This document shows positions 50,301-62,665 of a stretch of DNA of 64,000 nt, piece after piece. Below the pieces are notes generated by a model. It was not told the origin of the DNA. It did not search any database and saw nothing but the letters and a program-made list of their open reading frames with translations. The stretch is taken from contig CM069135.1 in NCBI GenBank assembly GCA_035221665.1, positions 113,212,001 to 113,276,000 on the forward strand, written 5' to 3'. Source of the stretch: Okamejei kenojei (taxonomy: Eukaryota). Position 1 is the first letter of the stretch. Every line of letters begins with the position of its first letter. Made by a program: the position numbers and the translations under genes.

Positions 50301-52199
50301 ACATTAGCTCAGTTCAGATCAGATTCATTTATTGTTACGTGTACCGAGGCACCGTGAAAAGCTTTTGTTGCATGCTATCCAGTCAGCGAAAAGACAATTC
50401 ATGATTAGACATCAACGTGACAATACATGATTAGACATCATTAGGAGAACATAACAAAGATATTTGTAACTTCTGTAAGAATCTGTGGACGTGCATATTT
50501 TTGAAATACGTAATATTGATATAGTGCTTGGGAAATATTAGCAACTGGTTTTGGATAGCAGTGCTTTGTTTTCATGGAGATATGTTATATCTTGTAACTG
50601 TTTTATTTTATGATTTTTTTTCCTACATATTTCTTTTTCCATTTCCCTTTAACACTGGAACAGGCTACAGCTCCCATTTTAAAAAATAAATCAAAACATG
50701 TCCCCATCTCAGATCACAATTAACTTTCCTTGATAGAAACATAGAAACATAGAAATTAGGTGCAGGAGCAGGCCTGCACCACCATTCAATATGATCATAG
50801 CTGATCATCCAACTCAGTATCCCGTACCTGCCTTCTCTCCATACCCCATTGAAGACAACTACTATCAATAACTGTGTAGAAAGGAACTGCAGATGCTGGT
50901 ATATACCGAAGATAGACATAAAATGCTGGAGTAACTAGGTAGGTCAGGCGGCATCTCTGTAGAAAAAGGATGGGTGACGCTACGGGTCGGGACCCTTCTT
51001 TAGACCTTTGCAGTTCGGATACATGGTCAAATATGGAGAAGGCACCTTGTATCTCTTAGAGTGGTAACCACAGAGATGTGAGCCTACTTTGTTAAGAGAT
51101 GGTGAAAATAATCCAGAAATAAAATAATAGAATACTTCTCATCTGCATTCACTCAGTAGAAGGATCTGTTTCCGTGCTTTATGACTCTATGACTCCAATT
51201 GTGAGCATGATTGGAGAAATCCCAATTTTTCTAGACGACGTAGTTTCCTCCTGGGTTTTGCTTAAAGTCCAGAGTTGCTGAGAAACCAAACGTTGCCACC
51301 AATACAAAATGTGGTTCCTTTCCGTTTCGAGAACTGCCCTTTATTCTGTTGCGATAAGTATTCTGCAGAACACAGAACATCAGCTAATGAAAAGCAGTAC
51401 TGATGTAAATCAATAAGCAGCTCCCCTGCGCCCTGCAACAATAAATGTCCAAGATGCTTGCCAGAAAATATGACATTTTGAATAATACACCCACAGGAAC
51501 AACATTTTTCCACGATTCATTTGTAGCCCAATTCAAATCACCTCTGCTGGCACAATATGATGACTTTATATGATTATCATTCAATGTTACTTCACTAATA
51601 CAGTGCAAATTTGTGTTAAAATATGCTCAGGTACCGTATTACTATCATATGTGTAGGTAGATTCAGGTTTAAACCGAAGATAGACACAAAAGTCTGGAGT
51701 AATGCAGCAGGTCAGACAGCTTCTCTGGAGCAAAGGAATAGGTGACGTTTCGGATCAAGACCTGGTCTTAAGAAGGCCTGACCCGCTGAGTTACTCCAGC
51801 ATTTTATTATTATCGTATGCCCAGTGAGTCCAATTAAAACCATCTAGAAAGCTATTGGATACATATTATAAATCTGGCATGCGCAAAGCAAATGACTCAT
51901 TCTCAGTTCTTCAATGAAATCTGAGCCAAAAGCTGCTTCTCAAGTGCTGCCTTTAAGTGCCACGTTTGCATGGTTACAGAATCTCCGATTCACAAATGAT
52001 CCAGCCAAAACAAACCGTCCAAAGCTTTGACATCTGTTACGTTCATTTTAATTTAAATTATTGCAAAACATCTGTAGTCCCCAGAATCCCCTCATTGTCT
52101 CACCACTTTCATGGACATTCTCTAACACCTACTCGTTTGATCCGCTTCCTTTCCGCCCCACTGGTTCCTTTAGGAATCTTTCCTTGATTTGAAATACCT

Positions 52200-53090
52200 C
52201 CAAATCTTTTCTGTGTGCGTGTGTGTGTGTGCGTGTGTGTGTGTGTGTGTGCGCACGCGCAATCATATGTTGTCGAAGAAACGACGCGCTAACGGTACAA
52301 TGTTCACATATTCCGATAGAGATTTATTCCCTGGACTCTGAAATCACCTAATCTGAAAATCTTGAGCTTTATTTTTCGAGTTATTTATGAAAATGTTCAC
52401 AAATCCGATAAAACTTTGAAAATAAACCGGCTTTTTCGCTGATGACGTCACAATGGATCTGCTTGCTGCCGCCTTGCTCGCGCTGCGAGTGACATCACCC
52501 ACCACCTCTCCCTCCTTCCTCCTGTTATTCAAAAGACGCTCGGGCATTGCTTTCCCCTGGGCTCTCTCCCCCCCGGGCTCTTTGCCCCTCAGCCTCTTTC
52601 CCCCTGGCCTATCTTCCACCACATCCACCCACCCCCCCCCGCCCCCTCCCTCACCCCCTCCCCCCCTCACCTTCCAACCCCCTCTCTTCACCCTCCTCTC
52701 TCCCCTCCTCGCCTCTCTCTCCCCGGCCTCTCTCTTCCTCCCCCACCCTCCCTCTCCCCCGCCCTTCTCTCTCTCCGCCCCCCCTCTCTCTCTGCTCCCC
52801 CTCTCTCTGTCTCTGCCACCTCTCTCTCTGCCCTCTCTCTCTACCCCCCCCCCACCTTTCCCTCTCTAGACGCGTCTGTGAGTTGGGAGCTATGCGTGAG
52901 TGGATAGGGCGGGGATGGGGTAAAAGGAGCGAATGAATAATATTAATGTAATATCAAGGGGGATGGTTAGTGTGTGTGTGGTGTGCTTAGTGTGTGTGTG
53001 GGGTGGGGGTGGTTAGTATGTGCGTGACGCCGCAGGCCGCCCCCCACTCCGCAATCGCGCTTTGAGGGAATGGGTCCCACTTGGTCTAGT
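52200..53090 (-). mobile_element. Second, inverted copy of the 46029-47310 family
   Basis: 52300-52530 is a reverse-complement match to 46970-47230; ends cacttggtctagt; (TG)n at 52213-52250. Confidence 0.6.
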
Positions 53091-53866
53091 AACTATTAAA
53101 TCTCTNNNNNNNNNNNNNNNNNNNNNNNNNNNNNNNNNNNNNNNNNNNNNNNNNNNNNNNNNNNNNNNNNNNNNNNNNNNNNNNNNNNNNNNNNNNNNNN
53201 NNNNNNNNNNNNNNNNNNNNNNNNNNNNNNNNNNNNNNNNNNNNNNNNNNNNNNNNNNNNNNNNNNNNNNNNNNNNNNNNNNNNNNNNNNNNNNNNNNNN
53301 NNNNNNNNNNNNNNNNNNNNNNNNNNNNNNNNNNNNNNNNNNNNNNNNNNNNNNNNNNNNNNNNNNNNNNNNNNNNNNNNNNNNNNNNNNNNNNNNNNNN
53401 NNNNNNNNNNNNNNNNNNNNNNNNNNNNNNNNNNNNNNNNNTACTAACGGTAAAGTCTTTACATATTCCGGTAGAGATTTCCCCCGTGGAATCCAAAACT
53501 ACAGGCTTCATTTCTCAACATTACTGAAAATGGTTAAAATACTTTGAATTTAAAATGGTTTTTACTTTAAAATTAGCTTCCAACACACTTTGATACAAAG
53601 TTGCAAGACAGGAACAGTGGCAGGAACACTGAACTTTTCAGCTCAATGGCATCTCACAGCAAGTGCACCCGACATTTGATTTTGCAATATTTGTTTTCAA
53701 CTCCATTGCTGGGGGGAGGCTCACGAGCTATGATCTTAGCTGAGGAGTGCTTGAATCTTACCTTCGGCAACGGGTTGAGTTGGAGGACCGTGTCTCCCGT
53801 GGGGGCTACGGGTAGGGGACGGGTGCGTTGGGGGAGCAGACCCAACAGGTCTGCACTTGGTCTAGT
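53091..53866 (-). mobile_element. Third copy of the same family, tandem to the second and spanning the assembly gap
   Basis: aactattaaatctct at 53091, ctaacggt...acatattccgg at about 53444-53470, cccgtgggggctacgggtagggg at about 53796, cacttggtctagt ending at 53866. Confidence 0.5.
53106..53441. other. Assembly gap (N run)
   Basis: Continuous Ns. Confidence 1.
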
Positions 53867-54149
53867 TTATAGTTAAAACTGCAGCCAACAATTTCTTAAA
53901 GTTGCCTCTGCGGCTAAATATAACAGATAATAGGGCAGATAAAGGAACACATGAAATGTAACATTTATAATTGCATCCTTTGTGCTCTCTGTTGAAACAC
54001 TGTTTAAAACAGTAATTATCATGATGCTTTTCCCTTTTATCTTGAAAAGAATCTGGAAAGAGTGCTGTGGAACTCACTTAAAACGCATAACTAAATGTCA
54101 TGTAAACTGAGAGAACAACTGGTATGATGCATGACACTCCACCATCTCC

Positions 54150-54445
54150 AGTTTAGTTTACTTTGGAGATACAGAGCGGAAACAGGCCCTTCAGCCCACA
54201 GAGTCCGCGACGACCAGCAATCCCTGCACACTTATACTATCTGACACACGTAAGATAAAATGTATAATTTTACCAAGCGAATTAACGTACAAACGTGTGC
54301 ATCCTTGGAGTGTTGGAAGAAACCGGAGCTCCTGGAAAAAACCCACGCTGGTCATGGGGAGAACGTACAAATTCCGTACAGACAACCCATGATCAAACCC
54401 GGGTCTGTGCCGCTGTAAGGCAGTAACTCTACTGCTGTGCCACCA
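54150..54445 (-). mobile_element. V-SINE (HE1-like)
   Basis: Reverse complement of the SINE consensus. Confidence 0.8.
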
Positions 54446-55994
54446 TTGGCAGTTGTGGAGCCAAAGGCACGTGTGCAGTGCAGTTGAGAGATTATTGATG
54501 AATTTAATCATCATCAAATAAAATTCAAGTTTGGTCTACCTGCCTGTTGGAATCTTATGAGCTTTATTTACAGGGATCTTCATGTCTATTTAGTGTAAGA
54601 GATGAGATGAGGAGACAAGAGAGGTCAAGAAAACAATGAAAAGTAACTTTAGATAATTACTTGTAATCTGTTTTAAAGATCACTGGAAGATTTCAATGGT
54701 TCAACGGTTTTTTTAATTATCATCATGTGTGCCAAGATAAAGTGAGATTATTCTTTTGCATACATATCAGAGAGATTATTGCCATAATTAGGTACAATAT
54801 TTGGTTCGCACATAATGTGAAGAAACAGTCCATTGAGTCTATAAGCAATAGTCACCAAAGTTTGGCGCCAATTCACTGTCATAGCTGCAGTTGGGCCAGT
54901 TGCAGCTGTCACCTCCATCCGGTTGTCTCATGAAGCGTCGTCCTTCTCCTTGTCAGAGCCATCTTCAATTCTCAACTTTCGTTCTCCAGGGCGCCTCTCG
55001 CAACTCAGCAGCCGACCTTGAGGGCACGGAGGGTAAGACCCCCCCCCCCCTCGGCAACTCCCTCCCCCTTCTCTGCGGTTCCCTGCCTTTGATCTGAACA
55101 GGGGCCGGGCTCGGCGGCTTCCCTCTCCTGGTTCTGCGGCGGGCAAGCCTGGCCTGCTGCCGTGGGATCATGACGGGCGCGTCAGGCCTGCTGAAAATAA
55201 TCATCATCATCCTCTTCCTCAGAGGCCGGGTTGTGTATACACAGCAGTGTCAGAACAAGATGGAGCAAAAGCTTGAGGAATCATGACTAAGCTCTAGCCA
55301 TTAATCTTATTTTTAACATTTCAATGGATTTTACACGTTTCAAGAAATCAAATACAGCATACAAGTTGGGAAGCACAATCAAGTTAATGTGGACTCAAGA
55401 TTAGGTCTTCACATGGATCAGGGTAAAATTGTGTCACTGATTAATTATTCTACTGAAATATCATATAAAGCTACAGGGAGCGAAGCAGTCATGAATTTAA
55501 TAATTTTAATGTTTAATGCAACAGCAACAAACAAGAAAGAAATTGAATATAAAAATAATTTAATGCAAGTGCACAATGGACCAGATCTTTCTGACAACAA
55601 TGAATCATTTTACTGCGATAAAGATGGTGCTGTATTCTTCACATCCCCTCCATCCCTAGGAAACTTAACACTGCTGTGTCATGGTCAGATTCTTGGCCAG
55701 GAGGAGACGTTGGCACCAATTTCAAATGGTCACCCGTTGACACGTCTGAACTGCAGCTACCTTATGGAACAGCTTCTGCAACACATTTGACCAGGTTTGG
55801 ATTCATACGTCAAGCGCTGGAACAGATCTAATGTAAGGAATCTTATGTGCAAAGGATCACTTATTAAAAACTGGTCAGACCAACTAAGACATGACAACTA
55901 TGGGTTGTGTCGATTAACACATGACTAATGGAGCGTACGCTACACCTTTACATTACTCAGGACGATAGCGGGGTTAACAGATAATTAAATACAA

Positions 55995-56487
55995 AGGAGT
56001 GCAGTGAAGGTTCACAAGGTTAATTCCAGGGATGGTGGGACTGTCATACGCTGAGAGAATGGAGTGACTGGGCTTGTATGCTCTGGAATTTAAAAGGATG
56101 AGAGGGGATCTTCTTGAAACATGTAAGATTATTAAGGATTTGGACACACTAGAGGTAGGAAACGATGTTCCCGATGTTGGGGGAGTCCAGAACCAGGGGC
56201 CACAGTTTAAGAATAAGGGGTAAGCCATTTAGAATGAAGATGAGAAAACAGTTTTTCACACAGAGTTGTGAGTCTGTGGAATTCTCTGCCTCAGAGGGCA
56301 GTGGAGGCCGGTTCTACTTTCAAGACAGAGCTAGATAAGGCACTTGAAGATAGCAGAGTCAGGGGATATGGGGAGAAGGCAGGAACGGGGTACTGATTGG
56401 GGATGATCAGCCATGATCACATTGAATGGCGGTGCTGGCTTGAAGGGCCGAATGGCCTGCTCCTGCACCTATTGTCTATTGTCTATA
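55995..56487 (+). mobile_element. 5'-truncated CR1 LINE, same subfamily as 5240-6141
   Basis: Closely colinear with 5648-6141; (ATTGTCT)n tail. Confidence 0.88.
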
Positions 56488-56584
56488 AATTAACATTCAG
56501 CCCTCGGATGAAGGGAAAGTGTTTTCATTGTACGGAAAACCTGAAAAACACCTTATTTCATTTGACAGGTAGCATACCGCCAAA

Positions 56585-56856
56585 CTTTAGACTTTAAAGA
56601 TACAGCGTGGAAACAGGCCCTCCAGCCCACCGGCCAGTGATCACCCCATACACCAGCACTATCCTACATTAGGGACAATTTAAATTTACAGAAGCCAATT
56701 AACATACAAACCTGTAGTTCTTTGGAGTGTGGGAGGGAACCGGAACATCTGAAGAAAACCCAAGTGGTCACCAGGGAGAACGTACAAACTCCATACAGAC
56801 CTGGGTCTATGGTGCCGTAAGGCAGCAACTTTGCCATTGCGCCACTGTGCCGCCCA
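56585..56856 (-). mobile_element. V-SINE (HE1-like)
   Basis: Reverse complement of head gggcggcacagtggcgcaatgg and of the tail. Confidence 0.8.
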
Positions 56857-57224
56857 AGCATGTAATGTTTAAAATACTTTATAGACTTAAATTATTTCCG
56901 ACGTTTGACTGCAACACAACAAAGGAAATGTAAATTGAACATTTTGCTTGCAAGCAATTAAAGGGTGGAACTAGAAACCGGTAATTCTGTCCCATAACAA
57001 ATCCTGCAGCAACGTTTATGGCACAATTGTAAAAGTCCTAACATTTCACAGCTTAAACCCTCAATTAGTAATCAGCATTTTGTTCTCTCTTGTGCTTGCT
57101 AAACCTCAAGGAATATAAACTGACTCAGAATTGGAAGAATTCAATGCCATGAATATTCTATCTCACACCACACAAACATAAATAAACAATTCCATCAATC
57201 CAGAGACATCTGGACAGAAATAAA

Positions 57225-58490
57225 TCAAGATTCAAGATAGATTCAAGAAGAGGGTTTATTGTCACGCCAGTTCCATACATGGTACAATCCTGTGTGAAAA
57301 TCTTATGCTGGAGGATTCCGTACAGTAAAGTTAACGTTAAATTATAAAGTGCATGCATTCAATTCTAAAGTGAACATTAAATTATAGACAGAGTCACGTT
57401 CAGGTGAGTTTCAGGGCTGGTTGGTTCAGCGGTCTGATTGCCTGGGGGGAAAGCTGTTCGAGTGTCTAGTGGTACGGAAGCTGATGCTCCGGTACCTTCT
57501 GCCTGAGGGCAGCAGACAGAATGGACCGTGGTCCGTCCGGGTGGCTGGGGTCTTTGATGATCCTCAGGGCTTTTCCAATGCACCGCCTGGAGTAGATGTC
57601 CTGGAGGGAGGGCAGCTCACACCCGGTGATGTGCTGGGCCGTCCGCACCACTTCAGGCGTGGCTGGTGCAGCTGCTGTGCCAGGTGGAGATACAGCCTGT
57701 CAGGGTGCTCTCCACAGTGCCTCTGCAGAAATCCTTGAGGACCCAGGGGTTCAGGCCGAATATCTTCAGTCGCCTGAGGTTGTAGAGGCACTGTTGTGCT
57801 TTTTTGGTGGAAATTGGGGTGGTCCAGGCCAGGTTCTCTGTGATGTGAACACCGAGGAACTTGAAGCTCTCCACATTCTCCACCGTTACACCGTTGATGT
57901 TGATGAGGGGACTGCCCCCCTCCTGTAGTCAACGATCACCTCCTTGGTCTTGTCGACGTTGAGAGAGAGGTTGTTGGCCTGGCACCATCGTGAGGACACC
58001 CCCCTGATGTGCACCGATGTTGAGAGTGAGGGCTGTGGAAGTGTGGTTTCCCATCCTCACCACCTGGGGTCGGCCCGTCATGAAATCCAGGCCCCAGGTC
58101 CAGGTCCAGGAACTTAGAGGGCACAATTGTGTTGGATGCTGAACTGTAGTCTATGAACAGCATCCTAACATAAGTGCTCCTCACCCTGTCTGCTCAATGT
58201 AAGGAGAACCCAGTGAGCCCGATGGCTTGATCCAGTACCCTTGCCGTTAGCCAGGTTTCTGTGAGGCAGATAATGTTTATGTCCTTGGTGTCTCGCTGGA
58301 AGGAGACCCGAACCATCAGTTCGCTCAGCTTGTTATGCAGAGACTGTACGTTGGCCAGCAGCAAGCTAGGGAGTGGGGGTTGGTGAGCTCGTGTCTCAGC
58401 CTGTCCAGCACCCCGGCTCTCCTGCCCCTCTCCCTTGGCTGCTTCTGCAGTTCAGGGCATGGCGACAGGAGCTCCGGGATGGAGTCAAAA
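57225..58490 (-). mobile_element. Rex1/Babar LINE with multiple internal deletions (endonuclease, RT and 3' pieces)
   Basis: LLANVQSLHNKL and IICLTETWL (APE), YVRMLFIDYSSASNTIVPSK (RT), VESFKFLGVHI, KKAQQCLYNLRRL; gtgacaataaa plus (TCTTGAA)-type tail. Confidence 0.8.
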
Positions 58491-58529
58491 TCCTAATTAC
58501 TTCGTTTGCATCCTGAATGGAATTGGCAA

Positions 58530-58808
58530 GAGGTGTCCTTCATACAGAGTTCAGCAGATTGCCACTCCAATGTGAAAGACTGGCAATAGAGGAGGCCCAG
58601 AAAGGAAAGGTCAATACGGGAATGAGAAGAGGAGTTAAAATAGTTAGCAATCAGCAGATTTAGCTGGCCTTGGTGGGCCAAGCATAAGTTTTCAGCGAAA
58701 CGGTCATCTACTCTGTGCTCAGTAGATAATGTTCGAGTAAGTGCATGTGAACCTCTGTCTCACCTGGAAAAGCTAATCTGTCCCTGAATGGACGTGAGGA
58801 TGGAGGTA
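58530..58808 (-). mobile_element. Old Penelope-like fragment split by the Tc1 insertion (continues at 61269-61460)
   Basis: gtgaacctctgtctcacctggaaa before and ttgcacgggaaagtacctg after are contiguous in the 1560-1720 copy. Confidence 0.65.
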
Positions 58809-61266
58809 CAGTGCCCTCCATAATGTTTGGGACAAAGACCCATCATTTATTTATTTGCCTCTGTACTCCACAATTTGAGATTTGTAGTTGGATTTTTCAA
58901 GTGGTGGCGCCATAGAGGGTGGCAGCCTCGCCTGCAGCTGTTCGTTCTTCACCCTTTTTTTTATTTTTAGTTTGTTAAAAAGTTTTGTTCTGGAGGCCTT
59001 TTAGTCTTTTTATGTGGCGGAATGGGGGAAACCATTTTTTTCCAGTTCCTACCTGGGCGAGGGTGTGTCCTTCCTCCAAGCCGCAACTTGGCCCCCTTCC
59101 AGCGGCCTGCCATTTGGATTGGCGCGGCCTTTCCTGTCGGTGATCGGCCAGAGCTTCGAGCTGCAGCTTCAGCACTGTGGTACCATCACAGAGCGGGGCG
59201 ATGCCTTACCGGGTCACCGTGTTGAAGTCTAGGAGTGCTGGGCCTGCCGACTTCAACATGTGGAGCTGTGGTTTCTCGGAGGTGCAGTGCGCTGACTTTA
59301 TCAAAGCGGAACCTAGGATCTCTCGCCGGGGTCGCCGGTGTTGGAGCTCCACCCAGCGCGGCCTGTAGACTTCGGGAGCCGCAGTCTCCGGGAGGAAGCG
59401 GCGTTTCGGAGCTGCTGAGAGTGTTCATCTGTTCCGACGCCGGAGTTCCATCATCCTGAAACATCGGGCGAGACTGGGCCTGACCCCGAACAAGGAAGTG
59501 GACTGAACTTTGCTGCCATCCCTCACAGTGGGAAAAGTTGATACCGCTGTGAGGGGATGCTTTTTATGTTTATTGTTAAATTCTATAATTGCGTTTATTT
59601 TATTTGTGTGCCGCAATGGCAACTTAAATTTCACTGCACCAATTGGTGTTTGTGATAATAAATGTCCTTTGTCCTTTTGTCCTTTGTCCTTTGAAAAACT
59701 CACATGTGGTTAAAGTGCACATTGTCAGATATTATTAAAGGCCATTTTTATACATTTTGGTTTCACCATGTAGAAATTACAGCTGTGTTTATACATAGTC
59801 CCCCCATTTCAGGGCACCATAATGTTTGTGACACATGGCTTCACAGGTGTTTGTAATTGCTCAGGTGTGTTTAATTGGCTCCTTAATGCAGGTACAAGAG
59901 AGCTCTCAGCACCTAGTCTTTCCTCCGGTCTTTCCATCACAATTGGAAACTTTTATTGCTGTTGATCAACATGAGGATTAAAGTTGTGCCAACGAAAGTC
60001 AAAGAAGCCATTATGAGACTGAGAAACAAGAATAAAACTATTAGTTATCAGCCAAACCTTAGGCTGACCAAAATCAACTCCAAAATTGGAAAATTAAGAA
60101 AAAAGAGAGCACCAGTGAGGTTACTAATTGCAAAGGGACTGACAGGCCAAGGAAGACCTCCACAGCTGATGACAGAAGAATTCTCTCTATAAGAACGAAA
60201 AATCTCCAAACACCTGTCCGACAGATCAGAAACACTCTTCAGGAGTGGATTTGTCAATGACCACTGTCCGCAGAAGGCTTCATGAACAGAAATACAGAGG
60301 CTACACTGCAAAATGCAAACCACTGGTTAGACGCAAAAATACGATAACCAGGTTACAAAGTTTTGCCAATAAATACTTACAAGAGCAACCACAGTTCTGG
60401 AAAAAAGTCTTGTGGACAGATGAGACGAAGATTAATTTATATCAGAGTGATGGCAAGAGCAAAGTATGGAGGTGAGAAGGAACTGCCCAAGATCCAAAGC
60501 ATACCACCTCATCTGTGAAACACAGTGGTGAGGATGTTATGGCCTGGGCATGTATGGCTGCTGAAGGTACTGGCTCCCTTATCTTCATTGATGGACAACT
60601 GCTGATGGTAGTAACAAAATGAATTCTAAAGTGTATAGACATATCCTATCTGCTCAAGTTCAAACAAATGCCTCAAAACTCATAGTCCGGCGGTTCATTC
60701 TACTGCAAGATCATTACAGCAATGATCCCAAACATACTGCTAAAGCAACAATGGAGTTTTTCAAAGCAAAAAAATTGTCAATTCTTGAGTGGCCACGTCA
60801 ATCACCTGATCTGAACCCAATTGAGCATGCCTTTTATATGCTGAAGAGAAAACTGAAGGGGACTAGCCCCCAAAACAAGCATAAGCTAAAGATGGCTGCA
60901 ATACAGGCCTGGCAGAGCATCACAAGAGAAGACACCCAGCAACTGGTGATGTCCATAAATCACAGACTTCAAGCAGCCATTGCATGCAAAGGATATGCAA
61001 CAAAATACTAAACACGACTACTTTCATTTACATGACATTGCTGTGCCCCAAACATTATGGTGCCCTGAAATGGGGGGACTGTATTAACACTGCTGTAATT
61101 TCTACATGGTGAAAGCAAAATGTATTAAAATGGCCTTTATTAAAATTTGACAATGTGCACTTTAACCACATGTGATTTATTTTTCTATTACAAATCTCAA
61201 ATTGTGGAGTATAGAGGCAAATAAATAAATGATGGGTCTTTGTCCCAAACATTATGGAGGGCACTG
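58809..61266 (+). mobile_element. Full-length Tc1-family (DD34E-type, IR/DR) transposon, transposase inactivated
   Basis: TA|CAGTGCCCTCCATAATGTTTGGGACA ... TGTCCCAAACATTATGGAGGGCACTG|TA; TIRs of about 220 bp with inner and outer direct repeats; WKKVLWTDETK and WPRQSPDLNPIE in different frames. Confidence 0.95.
58887..59692 (+). mobile_element. GC-rich non-autonomous retroposon (conserved-hairpin family) inserted in the left Tc1 TIR
   Basis: Interrupts the TIR at ttgta|...|gaaaaa; hairpin catccctcacagtgg...ccgctgtgaggggatg; gataataaa plus (TGTCCTT)n tail. Confidence 0.7.
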
Positions 61267-62414
61267 TATAACAACAGTGTCATATCCCGTGCAATTGCAC
61301 GGGAAAGTACCTGTGGAGGGAGCGGTTTGGGAAGGGATGAGCGAACAAAGGTGTTATGGAGGGAGCGGTCACAATGGAAAGAGGAATGGGGTGGAGATAG
61401 GAATCTGTGGCGTGTGGAGGGATCATGTTGCAGGTGGCAGAAATATCAGAGAAAGATGTGTTATACAATAACCTCAGTATTACCAACGTATTTAAAGCAT
61501 ACATGCTTTTCTACAATTGTTGGATCCTAAACTTAATGGGAGTTCTGTCAATAAAAGTTTTGGTTAACATCTTTCCTTTTGTGAATTTGGCACAAGCATC
61601 ACAATGGCTCTGACATCCCTAGGATTTGTTAGTGGAGTTATTTTGATTTTTACCTGGTGATCTTAAAACCACCACTATATGCAACTGTGAAAACAAACTG
61701 TTTAAGAAGGAACTGCAGATGCTGGAAAAATCGAAGGTAGACAAAAATGTGGAGAGACTCAACGGGTGAGGCAGCATCTATGGAGCGAAGGAATAACTCA
61801 TTAATAACTCAGGAATAGCTCAAAACAAACTGAGTGGCTTTGCTATCAGTCTGAAGAAATGTCCTAACACAAAAAGCTGTCCATCCATTTCCCTCCACAG
61901 ATGCTGCCTGACACACTGAGTAACTTTAGCAGTTTGTCTTTTGCTCAAACTTCCAGCATCTGGAATTTTGTTACCGGCTCCACACTTCTTTAAATCATCC
62001 TTTGAAAAAAGTTTTGAGTTTCATCAATGTCAGATTTGGATGATCAAAAAGTAACCATGGGGAAGCTGAAGCGAGGCCAGCCAGCACTCAGTCTGAAGAT
62101 AGGTCCCTGCTAGAAACGTCACATTTCCATGTTCTCCAGAAATGCTGCCTGATCCTGAGTTACTCCAGCACTTTGTGTTTTTTTTGCCACTCAGGCACTC
62201 TGAGCTTGGCTCTGGGATCATTTGGCAGTGAGTTAAGCTATATAGAACTGAAAAAGCCAAGTTGGGGAGTACAGGAATGTGAGTGGTGGACACAGGCATG
62301 AAAATCCATGATAAAGTATACCAAAAATAATGTAGTGGAAAATCAAATATGCTAATTTCTTTCTCCAATCTCCAATTTCCAGGATTTATTCGGAATTCAC
62401 AGCTGTGTGCAGAC

Positions 62415-62665
62415 AATTCACTATCTCCTTTGTCTTGCTGACATTGAGAGAAAGGTTGTTAACTCTACACCACGTCACAAGGTTCTCAATCTCCTTCCTG
62501 TGCTCTATCTCTTCATTATTTGATATCCGGCCAACAATGGTTGTGTCGTCTGCGAAATTGTAAATTGAAATGGATTTGTACATGGCTACACAGTTGTGGG
62601 TGTATAAGGAGTAAAGAAGGGGGCCGAGAACGCATCCTTGGGGATCACCTGTGCTGAGGATCATC
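62415..62665 (-). mobile_element. Rex1/Babar LINE RT fragment
   Basis: STGDPQGCVLGPLLYSLYTHNC...NFADDTTIVG...LNVSKTKEI. Confidence 0.85.

Noticed and set aside
53020-53547. 175-aa and 141-aa ORFs
   Set aside because: Artefacts of reading through the N gap
53654-53845. Peptide REPPPSNGVENKY resembling the ARHGEF10 N-terminus, with a strong donor AAG|gtaaga at about 53761
   Set aside because: Lies inside a Helentron-like copy, has no initiating ATG in a suitable position, and the ENE segment is already encoded by exon 39117-39401; likely coincidence
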